From Guillardia theta CCMP2712 (lineage: Eukaryota > Protista > Cryptophyta), in the NCBI RefSeq assembly GCF_000315625.1, contig NW_005434530.1:53301-88102 (forward strand): a stretch of 34,802 bases of DNA, given 5' to 3'. Positions 1 through 9,696 of the stretch are shown here, piece by piece. Each line of letters starts with the position of its first letter. The stretch's first letter is position 1. Both the position numbers and the translations under genes were made by a program. The notes under the pieces were generated by a model, which did no database searches, had not been told where the DNA came from, and worked only from the letters and a program-made list of their open reading frames with translations.

Positions 1-133
1 CGAGGAGGAGGAGGGGATAGAGAGAGCAGGAAGGAGCTGAAGCGTGAACAGATATATTTGCTGGGACCCGAATTATTCTCCTCTCCTCATTGTTGCCCCC
101 TCCCTCCTCCTCCTCCTCCTCCTCCTCCTCCTC

Positions 134-2450
134 TTAGCTCGAAGTCACGTCCTCGGCTGAATACGTCCTGCGAGCTGCGATCTCCGCCTGGTGGTAGGAG
201 GGAAGGGCCGGAACTTTCTGGAACTGCCAGAAACCAGGGCTACGGGGTGGGAAGAGAAGAGAAAAGAAGAAGAAGAGAGGAGAGGAGAGGAGAGGAAGAG
301 TGGCGACAGGAGGGAAGCAGGGAAGGGAGGAGGGGTAAGGAGAAGAGAAGGGCAAAGAAGGGATCAAAGGTCAGAAACTACAACTTCATAATGTAGCAGG
401 AGCAAACTCAAACAATCGAGTCAATCATCGCAGCCTTCGTGCATATTAAGATCGCATACCAATCATTGCAGACAGCACATTAATCATTGCAGATCGCATA
501 CCCATCATTGCACATTAGATCAATCATCAAAGACATCATACGAATCATTCCAAACTTTCACATGGATCTTTACAGACTTCCATATCAAGCATTGCATTGT
601 TTTCATATCAATTGTCATTACTGCACGTTAATCATGATTTCTTTTGTCACCTTGGCGACGGGTCAATGAAGGCAGCCGTATCCACTGGAGCCCAAATGGG
701 AACAGAGGGGTTGGCGGAGTAGACGAAGTCAAGGGACTGAAAGTTTCGGATGTCCTGGAGCAAGACAGTAAGATTGCAAAAACAAAGCTTTTGTCTTCAT
801 GGGGGTGATCTTGTCCGCATGATATCTCTTGTCCTCATGAAATGTTGATGTATCAGAATGTTAACGTTCATTCTGCAATCCTTGTTGTGCTTTCTGCAAC
901 CATGCTCCAGTTGCGAGTACAGAATATGAGAAGAAACGTTTGCATTCATCAAAGAAAGAAGGACTGTTGAAAAAATATAGAATGGTTGAAAGCAACCTCG
1001 AACACGACAACGCAAATTCTTTCAAAAGGCAACATGTAAACGTTGAGCATGATATTCAGATAAGAGAAGTCTCGATGAAACAAGGAACATGAAACAACAT
1101 TAACACCACGCTGCCTTCATAGCGCGGATGATTCATGTACTGATCTTTTCTTTGAATTGCATAATTGCCGCTCTGCTCTATGCTCACAAAATCTTTGATC
1201 ATCCAGGTGCAATCTCTCTTCATCCTACCTTCACATTTCTATGTTTTCTTCTCCTCCTCTTGCTCCTCCTCCTCCTCCTGCTCCTCCTCCTCCTCCTCCT
1301 GCTCCTCCTCCTCCTCCTCCTCCTCCTCCTCCTCCTCCTCCTCCTCCTCCTTCTCCTCCTTCTCCTCCTTCTCCTCCTTCTCCTCCTTCTCCTCCTTCTC
1401 CTCCTCCTCCTCCTCCTCCTCCTCGCGCCTTCCTTGAACATACCTGGAACATTTTCGACTGCCCAGTTCGCTATTTCTGCACCCGAGCCTTCGGCGCGGG
1501 CCTACCCGAAAACCAGGAAATGGCAGTGATGAGCGAGGAGGGAGAGGGAGGAGGGAGAGGGAGGAGGGAGAAAGATTGCATAGAGGTTTTCATTGCAGGA
1601 AGGATACCTAGAGTGCCATCATCATCGTCATCGTCGTCATTATCGTCACCGTCATCATCATCATCATCGTCGTCGTCGTCATCATCTCCATCATCACCAC
1701 CATCTTCATCATCTCCATCATCCCCATCATCCCCATCATCATCGTCGTCGTCATTATCATCATCCTGCCTACTTATGCTCCCTTCCCCCCTTCATCCTCC
1801 TCCTTCTCCTCCTCCTCCTCCCTTTCTCCCTCCCATTTCTATCGTCGTGATTGCTCTCACCATCAATTCAACTGCCTGCTCTTCCTCAGTCACTTTCATC
1901 ACTGTCCTCGACATCATACCATCATCGCTTTCAGCTTCATACTCATAATAATGATCGTCCTTGTCTGATCGTGCAAACCTGCCATGTTCAGCGATCATCG
2001 TCGCTACGTAGATCAACACCCTTTGGCGATCAACAAGAAGAGAGGCGGGCAGGCTTTTGGGGGCAGGTGAGCGATGAGGGGAGGAAGAGGGGTTGAAGCA
2101 AGGAAAGAGACACATGAAGACAAAGGAGCAAATCGAGGATGGGGTAGAAGGAACATGACAAGGAAAGAGGAACCCGGAAGGGATGAAGGAGCGAGGCAAG
2201 GAGAGGACGAATCATCCTCAGTAGAAGGAGTTTTAGTCTCATCTGTTTGGTCTAGAAAATGCAATGAAGTAGCGATCTTCCGCATGATGAAATTGTTCTG
2301 AATACTTTTGGCTCCTGCTCAAGACTCCTCTCAGTCACAATATGCAACCACAGCTCCTAGTCTGGCGCTGGAGCAAAGTGATCTGAGACGGAGTCTTTTG
2401 CCATCAAAGCCTTTCGATGTGAAATCTAGTATTGATTATGTTGAGAACAC
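134..2450 (-). CDS. Probable multi-exon hypothetical gene; exon structure only partly resolved
   Basis: Coding-like blocks with splice signals lie between microsatellite-filled introns. Examples: ~651-754 reads DIRNFQSLDFVYSANPSVPIWAPVDTAAFIDPVAK|GTGAC; ~1444-1500 reads ARAEGSGAEIANWAVENVP|GTATG; ~1960-2030 reads RQRVLIYVATMIAEHGRFARSDK; ~2215-2315 reads GAKSIQNNFIMRKIATSLHFLDQ. No family recognised; ends uncertain. Confidence 0.35.
421..550. repeat. Degenerate minisatellite built from AATCATTGCA / GATCGCATAC units
   Basis: Recurrent aatcatcgcag, aatcattgcag (x2), catcattgcac, aatcatcaaag, aatcattcc and gatcgcatac (x2). Confidence 0.6.
1250..1423. repeat. (CCT)n microsatellite with a (TTCTCCTCC)n 9-mer block
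   Basis: Seen directly. Confidence 0.95.
1617..1765. repeat. (CAT/CGT)n compound microsatellite
   Basis: Seen directly. Confidence 0.9.
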
Positions 2451-2618
2451 TCGTTAAATGATCAGTAAGGACTACATGTGCCAAGAATCGCATCTCACAT
2501 TAGCTTGTGATAGCATGTATCACTGCAGTACCTTGACATCGAATGTCAAATTCTTTAATTGTCACAAAGTAACTACCCACATATACACAACATGTATTCT
2601 AAGTCCATAAAGTCCTTA

Positions 2619-3070
2619 TCATTCTTCGCGTCTTCGACCTTTCTTGACACAGGGGAAATCTATCCCGTCAATGCTTCCTCCCGCCTCATCCTGAAGCTGT
2701 CGAATGTACTTGATCGACCCCGCCAGAGCCATCAGCTTCTTCCTTGCAGCGAGAGAGTAAGACAGGAGTTGGTCGGCTGTCAGCTCCGGAATGACTTCCA
2801 AAGTCGTGCACTCCTCAATGTCGTCGATGGGTTTCAACTCGCTCGCCTCCTCGTCCTCGAAACCCTCATCCTGCAGGGCTTCTGCATGCGCAGAAGAACA
2901 TGTCAACGATATCATCCCTGCTATGATGATGGCGTGACTTCTGGTACAAGAATCTCAAGAGCTCGAGTCAGAGGCTTCTGTGGAGGAGAGGATCGGATGC
3001 GATCAGAGCTGCTTGCGCGGTCGATAGGCTTGACACACTCGCTCCTACAATGCGCTCCCTCTGCTGTCAT
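2619..3070 (-). CDS. Small-protein family A, copy 1 (two exons; HLH-helix-2-like segment plus GGSIDG..PC motif)
   Basis: C-terminus KKLMALAGSIKYIRQLQDEAGGSIDGIDFPCVKKGRRREE* matches four paralogues nearby. A phase-0 GT-AG intron (2938 or 2947 to 2871) joins ORF 2921..3163 to ORF 2619..2915. Start ATG at 3070 is tentative. Confidence 0.75.
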
Positions 3071-3817
3071 CGAGTTTCGATCCTCCTCGTCTGCCCCTCC
3101 TTCCCGCTCTTCTAAGTTAGCTCGCTTCTCCTCCTCCTCCTCCTCCTCCTCGACTTCTTGCAACTTGTCTCGCTGTTGCCTTCAACTCCTTCGGAGAACC
3201 TCCTCGATCGTTGCGATGGTTTCGCCTTCTTCGCCCGGATCACGAGGCTGCAAGACAGTCAGATACTCTTCTAGACTCTTCCAGAGCTTATCACAAGTGC
3301 TGGCTCGGTGCCTCGGCACGCCGGGCCCTCAGTGAGCCACCGGGATGAGACTCTGAGCCCAGTGTACGGTTGGCCAACTTAACTAGTAACGAACTTCGGA
3401 AGTTGAACGAACTAGCCTGAGCCCGGCACCCGGCAGGCTGAGCGGGGGGGCGCCCTGCCAACGTACGGTGCGGCAGTCCGATCCGATGCCATCCGATCAT
3501 CGCAGCCTGTACGGTACGGTACGATCAACCGTCTGACTCGAACAATCAAGTTCCCGGGTTGACTCACCGCGAGCCGCGCAGACGGCCTGTCGGAACCGCC
3601 GAAACTGAGTTGAAGGGGCCACCGCGATCGCAGCCTGTGATGCAAACCTGATGACCGATTGTCCTCGTACTCGGATGTTTTCCTTGACCGTGCTTTGAGT
3701 AAACTGGATGCAAACTTGACAAACAGGCTCGACCGTAGCGGCTCAGCGGCTAGTCACTGACTCTCAGTGGCTCGGAGTTGCAGTCTGGCATCGGCATACG
3801 GTAGTACCGCCGGGCGG

Positions 3818-3889
3818 TAAGACTATACCCTTCTTTCTAGATGGAGCCTGGAGAGCTACCATTCTAAGACTATACCCTTGTTTCTAGAT
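3818..3889. repeat. 25-bp direct repeat TAAGACTATACCCTT(C/G)TTTCTAGAT x2
   Basis: Copies at 3818-3842 and 3865-3889, one mismatch. Confidence 0.85.
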
Positions 3890-3963
3890 AGACCGATCTC
3901 TCCGCCTGATCACCACTTGCCGCCACTAAACTTCAAACATCCCTCCATGTTGCAATCGCGTGG

Positions 3964-4437
3964 ATCGTGGATACATGTTGATCACTCGGTCTCGATCCCT
4001 CGTGCTTTTATTTACAATATTACCCCACTTCTCCTTCGTTACTTTACATATCTACATCTTGCTCCCTCTCTCGCTCCCTCCCTCTCCCTGCTTTCCGCGC
4101 CCCGTCGTCCCTTTCACCTCCTCCGCCAACAGTGCTGGATACACGGGAGATCCTCTCCGTCCACGCTCCCGCCCTTCTTCTCCTGCTGCCTCGTGATGTA
4201 CCGGATCGACATCGCAAGCGCCTTCAGCCGCTGCTGCTTCTCCCTTGACAGCCCGTGCAGCTTCGCCGCGTCCACGTTGAGCAACTCGGCCGTGCACTCC
4301 ACGTCGGTCGGCCTCTCGCTGGAGGGACAGAGATGGTCGTGAGGGAGTGGGGAGGTACAAGCTTGGGGAAAGGAGGAGGGCATGGATGGTGAGTGTGGCG
4401 AGGAGGTTAGTCTTGCTGTATGCGATGCGTGGTAGAT
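3964..4437 (+). repeat. Segmental duplication, copy 1 (partner ~6790-7293), carrying family A copy 2 with its UTRs
   Basis: Near-identical from gatcgtggatacatgttgatcactc to ...tgcgatgc.tg..tagat. Confidence 0.9.
4114..4383 (-). CDS. Small-protein family A, copy 2 (89 aa, intronless)
   Basis: MPSSFPQAC...SREKQQRLKALAMSIRYITRQQEKKGGSVDGEDLPCIQHCWRRR*. ATG 4383 chosen because the duplicate (copy 4) starts at the same MPSS. AATAAA lies downstream on the minus strand (~4007-4012). Confidence 0.85.
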   Translation of the reverse strand: MPSSFPQACTSPLPHDHLCPSSERPTDVECTAELLNVDAAKLHGLSREKQQRLKALAMSIRYITRQQEKKGGSVDGEDLPCIQHCWRRR

Positions 4438-4498
4438 GCGAGGGGGGAAGAAGGTGGAGCGATAGAAGGAAAGGAAACCTTTCTTGTAGAGGGGAAGC

Positions 4499-4586
4499 AT
4501 ATCCGACTGTCTTAGTAGAAGCTTCTGGATACGGATATTCAGGCCGCGCGGGAATAATGGGGCGAATAAGAGTCTTTTCGTATCCA
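4499..4586 (-). promoter_or_regulatory. Conserved non-coding upstream element, copy 1 (homologous to 7526-7624)
   Basis: Reverse complement tggatacgaaaagactcttattcgccccattattcccgcgcggcctgaatatccgtatccagaagcttctactaagacagtcggatat aligns with 7526-7624. Both precede a family A ATG in the same orientation. Confidence 0.7.
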
Positions 4587-5892
4587 TATCTGACATATTA
4601 TTCCAACGTTATAGCCGACAAAGGCGTCACCCTTACAGACGAGTCACAGACGGAGGGAAACGACCGGAGACGGTCTCCGTGCGCAGTGACACCAGGAACT
4701 CGATCTTTCGAGAGCCCCCTCGTGGGCGAATTCTGGACTAGCAAGGGGCCGACCGCCGGTCCTCCGGTGGCCTCAAGAAGGACAAAGAATTCCTTGGGTG
4801 TATCTTTTTCGGAGCCTTGAAGCTCCTTCCGAAGTTCACTAGCCCTAGGGGCAGACTGCCCCGCCGGTCACACTGACGCTCGGAATGTGGCTGAAAGCAG
4901 CCTGTGCCACGGTGACCGGCGCGGCCCGTACCGTGTCCGGTCGCGGCCGGGATTTGGCGAGCATGAGAGTACGGTCGGCCCCCGGGCCCCCGGGCCCGGC
5001 CGCCGCCCGGCGGCCGGCGCGCCCGCCCGGGGATGGAGTCCGATCACTACCGTACTACCGCTGAACTCTTCGGCGAACGATCACGGCTGGCCGCCGCATG
5101 CTGGCGCCGCCGCAAGTTGAGACTCCCGGTGCCTGTCAACCCGGTGAAGCCTTGCCAAGTTGAATCAGAAAATCATGGCTCAGTCTACCGTACCGTACCG
5201 TTTGTTCTGAAAAAATCTGATACCATGATGATCCGATCAGTTCTGAAGGACAAACAGGAGCCTCGGAGCATGCCTGAGGCTTCGAAAGCAAGTTCGGTCA
5301 ATCATTGGTCGGACTGACCGCATCGGACGGGGCGGTAGCAAGGGCAACTCAGTGAGCGGCTGCACATTAGGGCAAGACCAGACCGCCCCACGGGCAACCG
5401 AACTCAGTAGGAGCGAAGCTCATACTGGAACACAGCCGATGAACCGCATGTCATTATGCGATGGCGGGGCAGTGTACGGCTCGCCGAACGATCCGCCGGC
5501 CTCCACAGAAGGCGCAGTCCTACCACCGTCATCCGACCGGCTGCCCGTCGCAACTGGCACGGTACCGTACCACCGTACGGAGGCTGTGACGGTGCCAAGA
5601 GAGTTGACGCGGGGCCGGGTTGCCGGGTTGTATGCGCGATTTTCGCACATCCGATCTTCCGCTGTTTGAATACCAGAAGCTCAAGACGCACTGAGAAGCT
5701 TCTGAGCAAGAAACTTGCAAGAATGCTCCTTTATCAATGCTCAACAACGAGATTTCTATGCACTTTGCTATAAATCTGTAGATTCTGAGAAAGTGTTTGA
5801 GCTCTCAATCACATACAAATGTGCTTCAAAGTCATGGAATTTTTATTCGACTATGTATCCTGTAATTTACACTGTGTCTGAAACAGAATTTG

Positions 5893-6234
5893 TCATTCGC
5901 TAACCTCGGCTTGTGCTGTAGAGCCAGGACGTGGGCATTGATCCACATTGCTATTATCATGTGGTGGCAAGCCGCTCTGCTTCTTTCTGAGGTGTCTGAT
6001 GCAGGGCAGTTCAATCCCGTCAATGCTTCCATTAAACATCTTCTGCAAACCTTTGATGTATGCAATAGAAAACGCTAGAGCTTTCAGGCTCCTCTGTCTG
6101 TCCCGAGGCATGCTGGAAATCCAGCCCTGGTCCGTTTCCTCCCTCAAATCGTCTGCCGATCTTTCCTGAGAGGAGGAGGCGTCCTGTTCCTCATGCTCGC
6201 GGTGAGGAGGAAGAGTTTCGCGCTGGGCTCTCAT
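5893..6234 (-). CDS. Small-protein family A, copy 3 (113 aa, intronless)
   Basis: ATG-initiated ORF containing PRDRQRSLKALAFSIAYIKGLQKMFNGSIDGIELPCIRH. Confidence 0.85.
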   Translation of the reverse strand: MRAQRETLPPHREHEEQDASSSQERSADDLREETDQGWISSMPRDRQRSLKALAFSIAYIKGLQKMFNGSIDGIELPCIRHLRKKQSGLPPHDNSNVDQCPRPGSTAQAEVSE

Positions 6235-6321
6235 AATGTCTGAGGGATCGTGGAGGAAGGGAGCGAGACAAGGAAGTTGAACACGAGCTCCAACTAGCGG
6301 GTGTTTTACCCTGCAGGGGGG

Positions 6322-6388
6322 ATCCGTATCCTGCCTCCTGTAAGGCCATTATGGATTCATATCCTGTTGTCGAAAAGAGACTATTTCG
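6322..6388. promoter_or_regulatory. Motif cluster upstream of family A copy 3 (ATCCGTATCC, CTGTAAGG, CGAAAAGAGACTATTTCG)
   Basis: The same three words occur upstream of copies 2, 4 and 5. Confidence 0.55.
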
Positions 6389-6789
6389 AAACTTATGCTT
6401 GTTTCTGTCACGCGGAAGGATATTGTAGGCGTTAGTTTAGAAGGGTCGACGGACCAGTTTTTTTTTGGACATGAACCAAGAGGATGCGAGGGGGTGGAGG
6501 CATGACTCCCTGCCATAGGTCATGTGACTTCTGCCCTCCGATTGAGGTGAGGCGGGCCTAGAAAAACAATACCTGTGTTGCTCAATTGCTCCACAGGCAA
6601 CAGAGTGGGACGTACGGCAATGGCCGATGAACAAATGAAATTCTGAGCCTGAAGAAGGATCCTGTTACCCATGCTGCTGCTCCCCACTGCAAGATGGACT
6701 TCACTCTTGATCTCGACAACTCATGCACACTGCCGGTTGCTGCAGCTCGAATCCAGTGCGGATTCGCAAGCCTGAAGCGCACCGTTGCA

Positions 6790-7293
6790 AGATCGTGGAT
6801 ACATGTTGATCACTCAGTCTCGATCCCTCGTGCTTTTATTTACAACATTACCCCTGCCCCCCCCTCCTTCGCTACTTTACATATCTACATCTTGCTCCCT
6901 CTCTCCCTCTCTCTTCCTCTCCCTTCTTTCCCTGCCCCGTCGTCCCTTTCACCTTGTCCTCCGCCAACAGTGCTGGATACACGGGAGATCCTCTCCGTCC
7001 ACGCTCCCTCCCTTCTTCTCCTGCTGCCTCGTGATGTACCGGATCGACATCGCAAGCGCCTTCAGCTGCCGCTGCTTCTCCCTCGACAGCCCGTGCAGCT
7101 TCGCCGCGTCCACGTTGAGCAACTCGGCCGTGCACTCCACGTCGGTCGGCCTCTCGCTGGAGGGAGAGCGATGCTGGTGAGGGAGTGGGGAGGTACAAGC
7201 TTGGGGAGAGGAGGAGGGCATGGATGGTGAGTGTGGCGAGGAGGCTGGGGCCTTAGAAGCTTGGTAGGTCTTGCTTTATGCGATGCATGTAGA
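6790..7293 (+). repeat. Segmental duplication, copy 2 (partner ~3964-4437)
   Basis: Near-identical sequence with small indels. Confidence 0.9.
6949..7221 (-). CDS. Small-protein family A, copy 4 (90 aa; recent duplicate of copy 2)
   Basis: MPSSSPQAC...SREKQRQLKALAMSIRYITRQQEKKGGSVDGEDLPCIQHCWRRTR*. Confidence 0.85.
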   Translation of the reverse strand: MPSSSPQACTSPLPHQHRSPSSERPTDVECTAELLNVDAAKLHGLSREKQRQLKALAMSIRYITRQQEKKGGSVDGEDLPCIQHCWRRTR

Positions 7294-7525
7294 TAGTCGT
7301 GGGAACAGACAGCGTGATCGAAGGAGCGAGCGCTGGATGTGTGAATCCTCTAGATCGTTCTAGAAGCATGTATATCTCGTGAAAATAGAGCTTTTCGAGG
7401 ATATTCCGTCAGGGAACCCAAACTTGATGGATAGATCGAGATCTCGGAGGATACTCCCGATCATGCCCGGTGGGTTACAATCCCTTCGTTACTTCTCTGT
7501 AAGGCAGAATAAGCACATGGATGTC

Positions 7526-7624
7526 TGGATACGAAAAGAATACCTTTCGCCGCATTCTTCCCGTGCGGCCTGAGTATCCGTATCCAGAAGCTTCGACGAA
7601 TATTCGAATAAGACAGTCGGATAT
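7526..7624 (+). promoter_or_regulatory. Conserved non-coding upstream element, copy 2, in the divergent intergenic region of family A copies 4 and 5
   Basis: tggatacgaaaagaatacctttcgccgcattcttcccgtgcggcctgagtatccgtatccagaagcttc...taagacagtcggatat is the inverted homologue of 4499-4586. Confidence 0.7.
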
Positions 7625-7851
7625 CATCCGCAAAGGTCTTACAGGCTGGATAGTCCTGGCCTTACAGGAAGATAGTTGCTACCCCTCCTTTTTCCCATTG
7701 ATAGCTTCTACCCCTCCCTCCCTCAACCCCTACATATGGACAAGGGGCGTCAGATGTTCTCCATCCGAGAAATTCCTCCCACGCAATCAATCAAACAGCA
7801 TCCTCCTCCTTGTTCTTCATCGACTACTACTACAACATCATCACATCCGCC

Positions 7852-8100
7852 ATGGTCTCTACTTGCAACACCGTCGACACCTGCAACGCCTGCGCTGAAG
7901 TTAGCTGCATTATCTCCCCTGCCAAGATGCCTGCAGGAATCGATGCTGCTCGCTTTGCTTCTCTTCCTGCCGACAAGCAGCGCAAGCTGCGCGCACTAGC
8001 GGCATCGATTGACTACGTCACAAGACTGCAAGCAAAGGCAGGAGGAAGCATCGATGGAATCGACTTGCCCTGCGTCCAGGAGAGCCGCAAGGGGCGATAA
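7852..8100 (+). CDS. Small-protein family A, copy 5 (82 aa, intronless)
   Basis: gccATGG context. MVSTCNTVDTCNACAEVSC...ARFASLPADKQRKLRALAASIDYVTRLQAKAGGSIDGIDLPCVQESRKGR*. AATAAA at 8151. Confidence 0.9.
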   Translation: MVSTCNTVDTCNACAEVSCIISPAKMPAGIDAARFASLPADKQRKLRALAASIDYVTRLQAKAGGSIDGIDLPCVQESRKGR

Positions 8101-9168
8101 ATCAGACTTTCACCACTACCTTGTACATACTGTAAATCTATGTTCCATTGAATAAAAGTTATTCTTTCATTGAATTCCTCTGTTGTGTCATTCGTTGCAC
8201 TCACAATAGATCACAATCGTGCGGTTCATTGCTCAGATTCAACAAGGAAGCAGAGAGCAAACGCTTTGGTGATTGAAACGATGAAGGTGCGAAAGGATCA
8301 TGTTTATTGCCTCTGTGGCAAGCAATTCATCAATGAAGCATGCAAGGCTTCTCCTCCTCGCATCCTCCTTCGGGCTTCGAGGTAGGAGCGGATGGGGTGT
8401 TGTCGTCCAACTAGACCAGGCACGGGAGTTAGCAGGGGGAGAAGACGCATGAAGAATGCAGATAATCGATAAGGATGTCAATGATAACCGAGAAAGAAGA
8501 GAATAATCGAGAATGTACAAAATCACCATGAATGCACAGAAACATCGAAGATACACAGAAACATTAGCAATGTACAAACACAACGAGAATGTGCAGGGGA
8601 GAAAAAGCTATGCACCTTAGTAAATGCGAGCCTGAGGATCTGAAACATTTCAACTACTTCACAAGTCGTCAGCAGCTGACCCGGCCAGAAATTCTCCCGT
8701 TCTCGCAGGCGATCACACTGGATCTACAAGGGTGGAGATATGGATTGCTCGATAGTACATAAGAGATGAGGCAAGGATATCTACACGTTCTGCTCCTTCC
8801 TATGATGTTTCGCCGTCATGCGCGCTTCCACATCGCTACCTTCGCTTGTTATCAGCGTGACACCCGCCAATAAATCTTTCATCTATCATGTTTGATCCTA
8901 CACCTGCCTCTGCCATCTATGCCGATTGCACTGATTCTGGGGCAATAAGGGAGAAACAACAGGAGCTGTGGAGGAGAGGGGAAGCGCGAAAGTCAAGCTC
9001 GTGGGAGGAACTACCGCACGATTAGAAATCAGCTCCTTCTTACCCCCACGCGTGACTCCTCCTCGTCCCTATCTCCATCATCCTTCCCTGTCTCGCTCGC
9101 TTCCTCCTTCTCTCTTTGCCCTCAGCATCCAACGGTTGGGTATGGTCTTGGCACAGAGCACCGTCTAA

Positions 9169-9254
9169 CCGACCAACCTTCGATACCATTTCTCCTTGCT
9201 GAAATATCATCCGACCAACCTTTGATACTATTTCTCCTTGCTGAGAAACCATCC
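9169..9254. repeat. 42-bp tandem repeat x2 (possibly coding, 14-aa unit)
   Basis: ccgaccaacctt(c/t)gatac(c/t)atttctccttgctga.. at 9169 and 9211. Confidence 0.8.
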
Positions 9255-9696
9255 TTTGTCCATCTCGTCATGCTCAACTGTGATCGTTGTGCTGATTCAT
9301 CTCCTCGTTTCTTTCTTTCCTCCTTTCTCCTCTTCGCTTCTCCTTCCATGCTCCCCTGCGATCCTTTCCTTCGCCGAATCTCCCGCATTTAGAAATCTCC
9401 AGTACATTTTCAGTCTCTCGACTCGGCAAGTCTGCCTCGTCTTGTACGAGCTCGCCTCAGCCACATGTCAGCACCAAAGTACTCTGATGGCGATGGGCGG
9501 GGCAACGTGAGGGAGGAGGAGAGAGGAGGAGAGAGGAGGAGAGAGGAGGAGAGAGGAGGAGAGAGGAGGAGAGAGCGTGAAGGGAGTCCTGAGGGCAGAG
9601 ACGGAGCAGATCAGAATGAGGAGGGCCAGATATTACCAAGAATGTAGGACGCGGGAAAGCGAGCTTGCCTCGACAAGTCTAAGAAGGGGGGGGTCA

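Noticed and set aside
1128-1948. Poly-Leu/Pro/Ser/Arg/His ORFs (extensin-like appearance)
   Set aside because: Translations of (CCT)n and (CAT)n microsatellites, open in several frames.
3182-3184. In-frame TGA as selenocysteine
   Set aside because: Low-complexity charged context, no redox motif, and no SECIS identified.
3818-3889. 25-bp direct repeats as a CRISPR array or target-site duplication
   Set aside because: Only two copies, eukaryotic context, no cas genes and no element between them.
6694-7230. Plus-strand ORFs overlapping family A copy 4 (likewise 3878-4342 and 2559-3335)
   Set aside because: The conserved protein motif is on the minus strand; the plus frames are not preserved between the duplicates.
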